The notes beneath the pieces are model-generated. The model worked only from the letters and a program-made list of their open reading frames with translations, was not told where the DNA came from and searched no databases. DNA of 64,000 nt from a virus, in the IMG/VR virus record IMGVR_UViG_3300032272_000003, positions 64,001 to 128,000 of that record. One strand, written 5' to 3'. This document shows positions 7,990 through 17,288 of the stretch, one piece after another (within the stretch, counting starts at the first letter, position 1; each line of letters begins with the position of its first letter). The position numbers and the translations under genes are program-made.

Positions 7990-9704
7990 AACTCGATCCT
8001 GCTGAACCCTTTATCTTTGGTCACTGTAATCACTTGGTCAACTTCGGGGATCATCTCTTCACGATGACTGATCATGAACACACTCTCATCCTTTCGTTTC
8101 AGGAGAACAGTGGCCCGGTACATAAAGTTGGCATCGGCACCCGAGTCGAACAGCTCATCAACCATAAGAAGGTTGCACTTGTGGGTGGTCATGGCAATGA
8201 AGTCGCGGAACGCTAACCCTATAGCCACATTAACACGCAGCTTCTCACCGGCAGACAGATTGCCGTAGCTCAATGATACCCGCTGACTGACTTTGATGCC
8301 AACTGATAGGTCATTACCAATGTCCAGCTCGTGTGGAGAATCCAAAGCATCCAGGTACTTGTTGGCTGTCTGGTTCAAGAACGGTACGTACTGTTCGATG
8401 ATGCTCTTACGGATAAACGACTTACTATCAGTCAGGAGCTTGACCATGATCTTGTAATGGCCATCCAGAACTGTCATCGCTTCCAGGGTAGAGTCGTCAT
8501 ACTCCTGAATGTTACCCTTCATCAGTTCCACCTGGTCGGTGTATGGATTGACCACGGCAGACTTAGACTGCTCCAGGGTCTCTGTGAGCGTATCAATCTT
8601 ATTCAGCATAACAGCATATTGTGATTCTGATTTGAGGTCAGGGTGAGCTTTCTTGAAAGCAGCAATGGCCTTACTAACTTCATCCTCACGCTCGCTTAGC
8701 GGTAGGACGATAGTTGTGATCTCTTCCACCTCTAATGACAGTGCCTCGATCTGTTCAAGAGTGGTTGTGAGTTCTTCTTCACTCACCCACGACTGTTTAC
8801 AGCGGGGACAGGTACCGGCCTCAAGATGAGTCTTGTCATTAATACATTTGGTCATACTTCTGTCATTTTCGACAAGTACGGCTGTCAACTTATCGATATC
8901 ATGTGTGATACTCGATAGCTCATCAGTGAATCCCTGGAGTTCGATCAATGCCTCAAGATTACCTTCAACATCAACACCAGTCAACATATCAAGCTCTTGC
9001 TCGGCGTTAAGGATTTTGATCTCCTGCTCTCCTGACCATTTGCTTTGTTTCTCACTTAGAGACTCGATGTTGGCCAACGTCTGGCGATTGCTTCGCTCGA
9101 TGTTGTTCTTCTGTTGGTCTTCGAGTTGCATATCAACAGTATTGTCTTTGGCCATGGCCTTGACAGAAGAAGCTCGTTTGGTCAATAAGTTGATATCCAG
9201 TAACTGTTCGATGAATGTTTTCTGGGCCGCTGGCTTCAATACCATGAAGTTCTCAGGATGATTGGTTAAGAGAACAGTGTTCATGAACACCTCGTAGGAC
9301 ATACCAACGATCTCGATGATGGCCTCATCTGTATTCTTGGAACTATGTAGAGTACACGGTTCACCATTCCTGAACAGCTCCAGCTTGGCTGGCTTACGGG
9401 CACGGCTGATCTGATAATCAACACCGTCCACTTCGAATTCTAAATTGACCCACATCTTCTTCTTATTGATCATGTTAACGAAGTCGTCCTGCTTGATGGG
9501 TGAGATGCCCTGACCAAACATACACCAGACGATGGCCTGGAAGATGGTAGATTTGCCCACACCATTTTTACTCAATCCTTCGGCACCGATGTCAAGGTTC
9601 TGACCCAAGATCAGAGACACGTTATTAGTGTCCAAGAATACTGTAGTGGACTTCTTACCAAACGACATGAAATTACTAAACGTTACGCTTTTAAAACGGA
9701 TCAT
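7986..9704 (-). CDS. gp46: Recombination endonuclease ATPase subunit (SbcC/Rad50-like)
   Basis: NFMSFG, Walker A NGVGKST, CPRC zinc hook, LSAGEK signature, LMVDE, ISH. Confidence 0.97.
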   Translation of the reverse strand: MIRFKSVTFSNFMSFGKKSTTVFLDTNNVSLILGQNLDIGAEGLSKNGVGKSTIFQAIVWCMFGQGISPIKQDDFVNMINKKKMWVNLEFEVDGVDYQISRARKPAKLELFRNGEPCTLHSSKNTDEAIIEIVGMSYEVFMNTVLLTNHPENFMVLKPAAQKTFIEQLLDINLLTKRASSVKAMAKDNTVDMQLEDQQKNNIERSNRQTLANIESLSEKQSKWSGEQEIKILNAEQELDMLTGVDVEGNLEALIELQGFTDELSSITHDIDKLTAVLVENDRSMTKCINDKTHLEAGTCPRCKQSWVSEEELTTTLEQIEALSLEVEEITTIVLPLSEREDEVSKAIAAFKKAHPDLKSESQYAVMLNKIDTLTETLEQSKSAVVNPYTDQVELMKGNIQEYDDSTLEAMTVLDGHYKIMVKLLTDSKSFIRKSIIEQYVPFLNQTANKYLDALDSPHELDIGNDLSVGIKVSQRVSLSYGNLSAGEKLRVNVAIGLAFRDFIAMTTHKCNLLMVDELFDSGADANFMYRATVLLKRKDESVFMISHREEMIPEVDQVITVTKDKGFSRIEL

Positions 9705-9964
9705 GATTTATACTCCTTTATGACTTGTCTTTTATGTTGCTGCTTACGAGCATTAGTACCCATCAACCTACGTACAGCCTTTTCGGCGGTACGGGTGCTG
9801 TTGAAGACTTTAATACCGTTGTATCCTCTAATATCAGTAGCCGGGTGCCTATTCTCGGGTGCAACATATTCTCTGTGGTAGCACCAGATAGGTATAAGCC
9901 AAAACAACTTGAACAAGTATTGTACCCGATAGTTACCATACTCTTTAATTATTCTAAATCTCAT
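9701..9964 (-). CDS. Hypothetical protein
   Basis: ATGA-coupled ORF between gp47 and gp46. Confidence 0.7.
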   Translation of the reverse strand: MRFRIIKEYGNYRVQYLFKLFWLIPIWCYHREYVAPENRHPATDIRGYNGIKVFNSTRTAEKAVRRLMGTNARKQQHKRQVIKEYKS

Positions 9965-10137
9965 GGTATTAAATTCTTCCGTTTGACACTTCCACAGTGT
10001 TCACATTGCAGTACTATCATCTTCCAACTACCACCACCATCGCTTTTTGTACCATTCACTAAATGATCCGAAATGATCTTCCACTTATGGTCACATCCAA
10101 ATCTACCTATAATTATCCTATACAGCCAACCTATCAT
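9961..10137 (-). CDS. 58-aa Cys/His protein (below cutoff)
   Basis: MIGWLYRIIIGRFGCDHKW...QCEHCG; ATGA overlaps at both ends. Confidence 0.7.
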   Translation of the reverse strand: MIGWLYRIIIGRFGCDHKWKIISDHLVNGTKSDGGGSWKMIVLQCEHCGSVKRKNLIP

Positions 10138-11171
10138 TCTGAGTCATCCTTCTGCATTGCTTCCTTGTAGATACCCACAAGGAGTTCTTTGTCAATACTC
10201 TCAACATCGGTCATCTTTGTCAAGTGGTCAACGACGGCCTGATCGATGGACACGATCTCACCAAGGTCTGTGTCCTCTTCAAGTACCAGGTTGGTTTTGT
10301 TGATCTTATAGACCATCTTCGAGTCACGTATACCGGCATCGCTCAACTTCTCCTGTAGAGAGGCAAGATCGTCATCGCTCATCTCTTCGTCGATCACTAC
10401 CCGGATTGATGTGCTATCATCCATGGTCTCGAAGTCGGCACCAAGGGCTTCCTTAGCGGTCATAGACAATATCTTGATCTTGTTGTACACCACGAACTCA
10501 ACTTCACCGGTTTCAGTATCAAGGATACTGAACCCTAGGTCATCTTCGTTCGAGTTGCTGTAGTTCATCGGGAATGGTGCTCCATTATATAGAACGTTGT
10601 CTTTCTCCTGCCTGGAGTGGTAGTGACCAGTGATGATCTGTTTGATGTGCTTCAGAGACTTATGGGTCTGACCATGCTCCATCACATAGTGTTCATTCAT
10701 CTTGAAGTTGCTGAATTCGAAGTGGCCAAACATATATTTGACCTTGGCCTTCTTGGACACCTTTACGATTTCGTCGTATTCTTCACCAGAACACACCCAC
10801 GATGTCAACATGACATCATTGCCGATCTGTTCATAGTCCTCTATCAGGTTTACCCTGCTTTCAAACACCTGTAGGGACGATGGAAATCTTGTATCCTTCT
10901 TCATGATGTCATGGTTACCCTTCAGCATGTATACCTCCGGGAAGAAGTCGGCCAGGGTATTGATGAGCGCCAACCCATAGTTCAGGCTCAGCACATCTAC
11001 CTTGTCACGCTTGTCAAAGAAGTCCCCGGTATGGACAAAGGTGGACACCTCACGCTTTTCGCACTCTTCCAGCATCCAATGCACGAAGTCAACAACATCT
11101 TTACAATGCTGCTCACTACCATTCTTGGCACCCAGGTGCCAGTCACCACTACTTGCAATCTTCATACTCAC
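10134..11171 (-). CDS. gp47: Recombination endonuclease nuclease subunit (SbcD/Mre11-like)
   Basis: DWHLG, GDFFD, GNHD, GHFE and GHYH metallophosphoesterase motifs. Confidence 0.96.
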   Translation of the reverse strand: MSMKIASSGDWHLGAKNGSEQHCKDVVDFVHWMLEECEKREVSTFVHTGDFFDKRDKVDVLSLNYGLALINTLADFFPEVYMLKGNHDIMKKDTRFPSSLQVFESRVNLIEDYEQIGNDVMLTSWVCSGEEYDEIVKVSKKAKVKYMFGHFEFSNFKMNEHYVMEHGQTHKSLKHIKQIITGHYHSRQEKDNVLYNGAPFPMNYSNSNEDDLGFSILDTETGEVEFVVYNKIKILSMTAKEALGADFETMDDSTSIRVVIDEEMSDDDLASLQEKLSDAGIRDSKMVYKINKTNLVLEEDTDLGEIVSIDQAVVDHLTKMTDVESIDKELLVGIYKEAMQKDDSE

Positions 11172-11173
11172 TC

Positions 11174-11370
11174 CTATAATTCGTCTGCTTTAATCAGCAT
11201 CGTGGCCCATTCTCTCACACTACGGCGTGGGTGTGGTACCAGGTAAATGATTGCTGGATGTCTTTCAACCACAATCAACTGTTCATCCGTAGTCAGCTTA
11301 TTAAAAGCCACTACTGTGTTGTATAACGCCTTTTCAATAGTGATTGGTTCTTGTACCCTACAATCTACTG
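11174..11370 (-). pseudogene. Start-less remnant of the helical-repeat small-protein family
   Basis: Open frame ...FNKLTTDEQLIVVERHPAIIYLVPHP...LIKADEL with no 5' ATG or SD. Confidence 0.45.
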
Positions 11371-11685
11371 TTAGTTGCCTTCGAATATCTTGAAATCTTT
11401 ATGTAGCAACTCAAGAACTCGTCCTTTGTATTCAATGTATGACCACGGATAGCTGCTCACTTTATCTAGCGCTTCAATTGCTTCATCCAGCGTTCGGAAG
11501 TCATAAGAATATTTACAGTTTCTCTCAGAGCAAGAATCATCCCACCATCTCCCCGCTAACACTTGATAATCACCAGTGTCGTCAACTAACAATTGGGTAG
11601 AGTTCGACGCGCTTACCGAGTCGCTTCCATTAGTTTCTTGGATTTGTTCTTTGTCAGTACTCACATTAAGTTCCTCTCTCATCAC
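11371..11685 (-). CDS. Hypothetical protein, possibly cassette-derived
   Basis: ORF whose body is flanked by the 9-bp inverted repeat TGTTAGTTG/CAACTAACA. Confidence 0.7.
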   Translation of the reverse strand: MMREELNVSTDKEQIQETNGSDSVSASNSTQLLVDDTGDYQVLAGRWWDDSCSERNCKYSYDFRTLDEAIEALDKVSSYPWSYIEYKGRVLELLHKDFKIFEGN

Positions 11686-12053
11686 ATATTCTCCGCTGCT
11701 ATAATAATTGCTGCCTCTCTCATGACCTGATCATCTACAAAGGGTGCCAACATTATCAGCCATGGTCTTAATACAATATCTTCTATTTGGTTGGGGATAC
11801 TCTTACCACAGAACTCAAAGGTTAATTCTGATAAGAATGTATGACTGGTGGTATCACACACCATTGTCCATTCAACAACCCATGGTGTATCAGCACGTAT
11901 CCACTTTCCATCAAATTCGGTAGGGAGTAGGGTGAGTGTCATAATAAAGGTCTCACCAGAGCATAATGATATATCACCATCATCAAAGATGTCCTCTATC
12001 CTATCAAACACTTCATTCAAGGTTATCAACCTAGTATCCATTAAAAAGGGCAC
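11682..12053 (-). CDS. Hypothetical protein
   Basis: 123-aa ORF in the gp55-gp47 operon. Confidence 0.7.
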   Translation of the reverse strand: MPFLMDTRLITLNEVFDRIEDIFDDGDISLCSGETFIMTLTLLPTEFDGKWIRADTPWVVEWTMVCDTTSHTFLSELTFEFCGKSIPNQIEDIVLRPWLIMLAPFVDDQVMREAAIIIAAENM

Positions 12054-12092
12054 CTCCTATGTGCCCTATAATATCCAACTAGTGACTAGATG

Positions 12093-12536
12093 TCAACTCA
12101 ATTCTTCATCCTGATCCCTGGCATCGGTGTCATCGCCCTCCTTCTCTTTAATATGATCGATGTAGCTTTGGCTAGGGGCTTTCTCCTGGTCAACCAGTAA
12201 TTGGTCACGGAGACGTTGGTGGCGTTTCTCTTTGTTCAGTACTTGGAGAAAGGCGTGATGGATGCACTGGGTGAAGTATGCGAAGGGGTTGTTGCTCTTG
12301 TTAGAATCAAACTTCTCGAAAGCAGCGGTACACGATACTATCCCATTGGATACCATCTCATCTTTGTAGCTGTAACCGGCAAAATTAGGCTTGGTGGCAT
12401 ACCGCTGGCTCAGTAGAATGAACATCCGGCCAAGCTTATCACTGACCAGACCTACTTCCTTACACTCGTTTATCTCTTTCAGCATCTCCTTATTACTAAG
12501 GTAGTGCTTGTCTTGTTTGATCTGCATAATTAACAA
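12093..12536 (-). CDS. gp55: Late-transcription sigma factor
   Basis: HYLSNKEM, PNFAGYSYKDEM and NPFAYFTQ motifs; likely start ATG 12527. Confidence 0.96.
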   Translation of the reverse strand: MLIMQIKQDKHYLSNKEMLKEINECKEVGLVSDKLGRMFILLSQRYATKPNFAGYSYKDEMVSNGIVSCTAAFEKFDSNKSNNPFAYFTQCIHHAFLQVLNKEKRHQRLRDQLLVDQEKAPSQSYIDHIKEKEGDDTDARDQDEELS

Positions 12537-12544
12537 AATCCTCT

Positions 12545-12574
12545 ATTGTATATTATAAGACACCCATATGTCAA
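12545..12574 (-). promoter_or_regulatory. Sigma70-type promoter for the gp55-gp47-gp46 operon
   Basis: TTGACA-18-TACAAT. Confidence 0.7.
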
Positions 12575-12582
12575 TAGAGTTC

Positions 12583-12590
12583 ACTAAATA
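12583..12590 (+). promoter_or_regulatory. Late promoter ACTAAATA
   Basis: Consensus variant upstream of the 12615 gene. Confidence 0.65.
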
Positions 12591-12614
12591 CATAGACAAA
12601 ATTGAGGATTTAAC

Positions 12615-12833
12615 ATGAAAAAGTATACAAACATCAGTAAGGGACTCCAGCCAATCGAATTTACAGACGGTACAGGTATCTTCCTGCGTCGTGGTCAGAG
12701 CATTGAAACAGACCAGGAACCGGTAAGCGTACCAGACGGTATCGTCGTGGTCGAGGTCAAACAACCAAAGCCTAAGAGAACCGCTATCGTAGAAGTTGAC
12801 GAGGACGAGAAAAGCCCATCTTCTGCTAAATAG
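12615..12833 (+). CDS. Small late protein upstream of tail sheath
   Basis: SD GAGGA; late promoter. Confidence 0.7.
   Translation: MKKYTNISKGLQPIEFTDGTGIFLRRGQSIETDQEPVSVPDGIVVVEVKQPKPKRTAIVEVDEDEKSPSSAK
12825..12832 (+). promoter_or_regulatory. Late promoter GCTAAATA for sheath
   Basis: Consensus variant 68 nt upstream of gp18. Confidence 0.6.
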
Positions 12834-12900
12834 AGGTATACCAAAAGAGAATTATAATCTACTCGTAGATTAGCTAACTATATTTAAGGAGTATAAATCA

Positions 12901-14406
12901 ATGACAATTCCTATTTCAGCGGGTGTTTACCCACGAGAAATTGATAAATCCGTAGTGGTACCTGCTGTCGCGGGTTCAATCGCTGCCATCATCATTAACT
13001 CCCCTAAAGGACCAAGCAACGTGGTCACAACAATCACAAACAACAAGGAATTCGTGGACACCTTTGGTGCACCTGAACCTGACCTTCCAGCAATGTATGC
13101 TGCTTTGGCCTTCCTTGAAAGAGGTAGTAACCTCAAAGTTGTTCGTGTTGTGGGTGCCGGTGCTGTCGCTTCTTCTGCTACATTCGTCGATTCTGGATCA
13201 AACCAGTCGTTGATCTTCGAAGCAAGAGGTGAAGGTGTTTGGGGTGATGATATCGATGTGAAGATCAGCTTGATCGATGACGTTGCTGAGACTATGACGG
13301 TCGAAGTTTTGGAATCTGCAACAGCGGTCGTATTAGAGACATTCGTGATCTCTAAAAACGTAACAAAGAAAGACGGCTTTGGCCGTAGCCAGTTTGCTGA
13401 AGATGTAATTAACGGTGTATCTGCATATGTAACAGTCACAGACGTGCCTGCTAATGGTTACCCTGATGACAGTGGTACTCCTGTAGAAGGCCCATATGTA
13501 CAGAAAGCCCTAACCGGTGGTTCTGATGGTGCTGCTGTAGGTTCTTCTGAAATCAACGTTGGCTGGGACTTGTTCGCAGTTAAGGAAGAAGTCGAAGTGT
13601 CAATGCTTATCCAGGGTGGTTGGGATTTAGTTCCTGTCCAAACTAAGATGATCGGTGTTGCTGAAAATCGCCAAGACTGTATTGCCCTGCTGGATATTCC
13701 ATACGCAGTGACACAATCTGCCACTGCTGTTGACGACATGGTAACATTCGCTAACACAACCTTGAACCAGGATACTTCTTGGGCCGCATTATACGGTGGT
13801 TGGGTAACAGCGTATGACCAATACAATGATAAGAATATCGATATGCCACCTTCTGGTTTCGTAGCCGGTGCGATTGCTCGTACTGCCGACGTTGCTGAAA
13901 TCTGGTATGCACCTGCTGGTGCTGTTCGTGGTCGTTTGAATGCCCTTGGTGTGACTAACGTTTTCACTGAAGGCCATCGTGACACACTGTACACTGCCCG
14001 AATCAACCCTATCCAATCATTTGTTGGTGAAGGTATTCAAATCTTCGGTCAGAAGACCCTACAGTCAATTCCTTCTGCACTCGACCGTGTAAACGTTCGT
14101 ATGCTCATGATCACTATCATGAAGGCTATGACCCTGGCCCTACGTCCATTCGTGTTCGACTTCAATGACACATTCACTCGTGAGAATATCGGAAGTATTC
14201 TTAACCAGTACATGACAGATATCAAATCTCGTCGTGGTGTTACTGACTTCTTGGTTGTGGCTGACGATTCAAACAACACAGCACAGATCATTGATAACAA
14301 TCAAATGATCGTTGATGTGTATGTTAAGCCAACACGAGCTGCTGAGTTCATTCGCTTGAATGGGATTATCTCTGCTACTGGTGCCAGCTTCACGGTTCAA
14401 ACATAA
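12901..14406 (+). CDS. gp18: Tail sheath protein
   Basis: SAGVYPREID, WYAPAG..RG, FGQKTL, LDRVNVR and KPTRAAEFI motifs. Confidence 0.97.
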   Translation: MTIPISAGVYPREIDKSVVVPAVAGSIAAIIINSPKGPSNVVTTITNNKEFVDTFGAPEPDLPAMYAALAFLERGSNLKVVRVVGAGAVASSATFVDSGSNQSLIFEARGEGVWGDDIDVKISLIDDVAETMTVEVLESATAVVLETFVISKNVTKKDGFGRSQFAEDVINGVSAYVTVTDVPANGYPDDSGTPVEGPYVQKALTGGSDGAAVGSSEINVGWDLFAVKEEVEVSMLIQGGWDLVPVQTKMIGVAENRQDCIALLDIPYAVTQSATAVDDMVTFANTTLNQDTSWAALYGGWVTAYDQYNDKNIDMPPSGFVAGAIARTADVAEIWYAPAGAVRGRLNALGVTNVFTEGHRDTLYTARINPIQSFVGEGIQIFGQKTLQSIPSALDRVNVRMLMITIMKAMTLALRPFVFDFNDTFTRENIGSILNQYMTDIKSRRGVTDFLVVADDSNNTAQIIDNNQMIVDVYVKPTRAAEFIRLNGIISATGASFTVQT

Positions 14407-14419
14407 GGAGATATGAGAA

Positions 14420-14920
14420 ATGGCTAATATTCAAGAAGTAAGATCAATCAATAACCCACAAAAGAGTTACATGTGGGAAATTGAAGTTCAAGGTCTCGCA
14501 ACCGGCTCTCTGTCTAACATGGCGTTTTTCGCTAAGACAGTATCAATCCCACAGTCAGCGGTAGAACAGATCATCATCAATCACAAAGCAGGTCGTACAC
14601 ACTTCGCTGGTCGTGATGCTGGTGCTCATACTGTCACTGTAACATTCTGGGATGATGAAGCTCAAACAATCCTGAAGTTCTTCCATGAATGGATGGACCT
14701 GCTTCGCAACCATGTAACAGCAAGTGGTGTCACTCGTGACCTGTACGCTGCCAGCCTGGTAATCAAGCTGAAGGATGAGTCCGACGAAATAGTTACTGCT
14801 AAGATCACCCTGGGACATTGTTTCCCTACTGATATTGCAGATACTCCATTGACTTATGATTCAAGTGAGCCTATCGAGCATTCGGTAACGCTTAGCTTCG
14901 ATGAGAAGATCATCGAGTAA
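14420..14920 (+). CDS. gp19: Tail tube protein
   Basis: Follows the sheath; AKTVSIP, AGR, TVTFWDDE and CFPTDI motifs; ends at a strong terminator. Confidence 0.9.
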   Translation: MANIQEVRSINNPQKSYMWEIEVQGLATGSLSNMAFFAKTVSIPQSAVEQIIINHKAGRTHFAGRDAGAHTVTVTFWDDEAQTILKFFHEWMDLLRNHVTASGVTRDLYAASLVIKLKDESDEIVTAKITLGHCFPTDIADTPLTYDSSEPIEHSVTLSFDEKIIE

Positions 14921-14945
14921 TCGACTAGATCGACAATAACAGATT

Positions 14946-14973
14946 AAGGGTCACTTCGGTGGCCCTTTTCTTT
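14946..14973 (+). terminator. Rho-independent terminator
   Basis: AAGGGTCAC-TTCG-GTGGCCCTT followed by a T-rich tract. Confidence 0.9.
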
Positions 14974-14976
14974 ATG

Positions 14977-14984
14977 TATAAATA
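14977..14984 (+). promoter_or_regulatory. Late promoter TATAAATA, 5 nt before ATG (leaderless)
   Basis: TATAAATA-GATAC-ATG. Confidence 0.85.
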
Positions 14985-14989
14985 GATAC

Positions 14990-15586
14990 ATGGCTATCCG
15001 TAAACTATTTTCAAATCTACCAAACATCCGTCGTGTTGCAGACCTCGTGGGTGCATCCCCTGTAGGGGAACCACAGAAGCAATATGCATGGGAACTCTGG
15101 ATTACCGGAGGCGTTGCTGCTCATATGGGTGATATCAGATTCTTCGCCAAGACAGTATCACTTCCACAGAAATCAATCGAGCCTATCTATACAGAGCTGG
15201 CCGGGGTCAAGTATCAATACCCAGGCAAGGATACAAGTGCAAGAACAATCACGGCGACGTTCTTTGACGATGAACACCTTACTGTATACAACTATATGAA
15301 GAAATGGATCGATCTCATGCATACCCCTGGTGAAGGAGATGCACTGCCCAAGGCACAGACCGTAGCGAATATCGCTGTCAAGCTGAAGGATAGTACTGAC
15401 CTGGTACAAACATTAACTGTCAACATGCCAAACGCATTTATTATCGATCTTGGTGAGGTACCGTTAGATTACGAGACATCGGATGCTATCGAGATCACAG
15501 TAACATTCGCATTCGACGATCCTACTGTTGAAGACGGACAGAAGCTCGGTGATATTACCGATCTATTGAAGAGTGTATTAAATTAA
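14990..15586 (+). CDS. Tail tube-like paralogue (gp19/gp54 fold)
   Basis: Shares FFAKTVS.P, T.TF.DDE and KLKD with 14420..14920. Confidence 0.85.
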   Translation: MAIRKLFSNLPNIRRVADLVGASPVGEPQKQYAWELWITGGVAAHMGDIRFFAKTVSLPQKSIEPIYTELAGVKYQYPGKDTSARTITATFFDDEHLTVYNYMKKWIDLMHTPGEGDALPKAQTVANIAVKLKDSTDLVQTLTVNMPNAFIIDLGEVPLDYETSDAIEITVTFAFDDPTVEDGQKLGDITDLLKSVLN

Positions 15587-16290
15587 TGGCCAATGAATCT
15601 TTAAAAGACCTACAAGCAAGACGTGCATCGTCTAAACCCGCCCGTTCATATTTGTGGCGGGTTGTATTGCCCGACCTTCGGATCACTAATGCCCTGGTAC
15701 CGGTACACGCCGATGCTGTTGCTGCCCTACAAGAGCTTGCCAGTGACCAGCATATGAATGTGAGTGCCCGGATCAATACTATGACAACCCCATACCGCAC
15801 ATTCGAATCACAACAAGCAATGGATAAGAATGGTGTATGGAACTATGCCGGGAAGCATAACACTCCTGAGATTACAATTGAAGTGTTCGAGGAAGAGGAT
15901 GGTTCAACCCTTCACTACTTCGATACGTGGATGAAGCTCATTCGTAATGTGTCAGATGACACCTATAACCCACCTGCTATCTATAAGAACCCTATCGTAT
16001 TCATTCGTATGGATACACAGAGACAGGACTTTGAGGTTACTATATACGAGGGATACTTCATACAGACCATCAACGAAGTTTCAAACGAATATGAAGGTAA
16101 CGACCTTGTACGTTACCAGGTAAACCTAGTAGGGGATAACATAATTCATCATCGTATATCCAACAACCAGCAATACCAGGCAGGATTAAGCCCATTACAG
16201 ATCAGTCCGAGTTTAAGGCAAACCCTGACTAATAACATCGGTGATGCGATTAAGAAGATAGCAGGTGATGCTAAGAATTTGCTACCATAA
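15586..16290 (+). CDS. Tail tube-like paralogue (gp54-like initiator)
   Basis: PARSYLW, YAGK, YFDTWMKLI and YNPPAIYK tube-fold motifs. Confidence 0.7.
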   Translation: MANESLKDLQARRASSKPARSYLWRVVLPDLRITNALVPVHADAVAALQELASDQHMNVSARINTMTTPYRTFESQQAMDKNGVWNYAGKHNTPEITIEVFEEEDGSTLHYFDTWMKLIRNVSDDTYNPPAIYKNPIVFIRMDTQRQDFEVTIYEGYFIQTINEVSNEYEGNDLVRYQVNLVGDNIIHHRISNNQQYQAGLSPLQISPSLRQTLTNNIGDAIKKIAGDAKNLLP

Positions 16291-16293
16291 ATA
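16286..16293 (+). promoter_or_regulatory. Late promoter CATAAATA
   Basis: Upstream of SD AAAGGAG of the gp26-like gene. Confidence 0.7.
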
Positions 16294-16315
16294 GATAGAC
16301 TAAAAGGAGAGAAAC

Positions 16316-17137
16316 ATGGATTTTTTAGAAGACGACGACCTAAACGCTGATGACAAAAAGGCACCGACACCAGCACTACACGAACCAACCGCTACCAAAT
16401 GGTATGATGTTGAGTTACCTTCCAAGGGTAAGCTCGGGTATCCTGCCGTAATCCAATACCGTGATATCCTCGTCCGTGATGAGAAGATCATATCGACTGC
16501 TACCACTAAGGACACCATGAAGGTGTTGAATGATGTGTTGAAAGACATCGTTAGGGACAGTGATTCATTCTTCGATCAGTTAACAATCCTTGATCGTGAC
16601 TATCTGCTTATGTGGATATGGGCCAACAACTACTCTATGACCAAGCATCTGAACATTACATGTCAGCGTTGTGGTACTAAAGAGAAACAGGACGTTAACC
16701 TGGCTGAGGTAGATGTGGAAGACCTGTCTGACGACTATCACCACCCATTCGAATACACCCTGGCAAGTGGCAAACCAGCACTGCTTAGACTCACCGCCAT
16801 TAGTGATGAGAAAACATGCGATGCTCATATGGCCAGTAACCCTAAAGCAGACCGCACTATGGTCATGCTCGCCCTTACAACTGATCTGGGCACTGTTATG
16901 CCGCTTCAACAGAAGCTACGGTATATGGAAGAAGAAATCACCGGCCATGATATAGGTATGATTCGAGCCTTCCACAATCACTTCAAGTATGGTCTCGATG
17001 ATGAGATTCCGCATGAGTGTTCGGTGTGTCAGGAGGTCACGCCGTTTGGAATACCGTTTTCAGCCGAGCACTTTCTGCCCACCCTATCAAACGATTTTGA
17101 AACGTTGTTACGATCTAGTAAAAAATCTGGGGATTGA
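16316..17137 (+). CDS. gp26: Baseplate hub assembly protein (gp26-like)
   Basis: VELPSKG, VRDEKI, DRDYLL and two CxxC motifs. Confidence 0.85.
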   Translation: MDFLEDDDLNADDKKAPTPALHEPTATKWYDVELPSKGKLGYPAVIQYRDILVRDEKIISTATTKDTMKVLNDVLKDIVRDSDSFFDQLTILDRDYLLMWIWANNYSMTKHLNITCQRCGTKEKQDVNLAEVDVEDLSDDYHHPFEYTLASGKPALLRLTAISDEKTCDAHMASNPKADRTMVMLALTTDLGTVMPLQQKLRYMEEEITGHDIGMIRAFHNHFKYGLDDEIPHECSVCQEVTPFGIPFSAEHFLPTLSNDFETLLRSSKKSGD

Positions 17138-17234
17138 CCCGTTATCAGCAGAACTCATGCCAACACATGAGGTCACTCAATATATCGATTGGTGGAATAA
17201 GGATCAAGAATCTGAAGAAGTAAAGCACCGGTAA
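17097..17234 (+). CDS. Baseplate hub assembly catalyst (gp51-like)
   Basis: YDLVKNLG....AELMPTHEV..YI pattern after gp26; start uncertain (TTG 17097). Confidence 0.55.
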   Translation: MKRCYDLVKNLGIDPLSAELMPTHEVTQYIDWWNKDQESEEVKHR

Positions 17235-17247
17235 TAGGCCGGTGCTC
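17224..17247 (+). terminator. Hairpin, probable terminator
   Basis: AGCACCGG...CCGGTGCT arms. Confidence 0.55.
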
Positions 17248-17254
17248 TCACTCG

Positions 17255-17262
17255 TATAAATA
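17255..17262 (+). promoter_or_regulatory. Late promoter TATAAATA
   Basis: Exact consensus upstream of SD TAAGGAG. Confidence 0.8.
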
Positions 17263-17288
17263 GTAGATAACTACTAAGGAGTTCCAAC

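Noticed and set aside
14420-16290. Three consecutive tube-fold paralogues as a novelty
   Set aside because: Tube, initiator and cap proteins share this fold in contractile tails, so it is expected
17040-17234. Possible programmed frameshift joining the gp26-like and gp51-like frames (G/GT style)
   Set aside because: The second frame is +1, not -1, and I see no slippery heptamer; a separate TTG start is simpler
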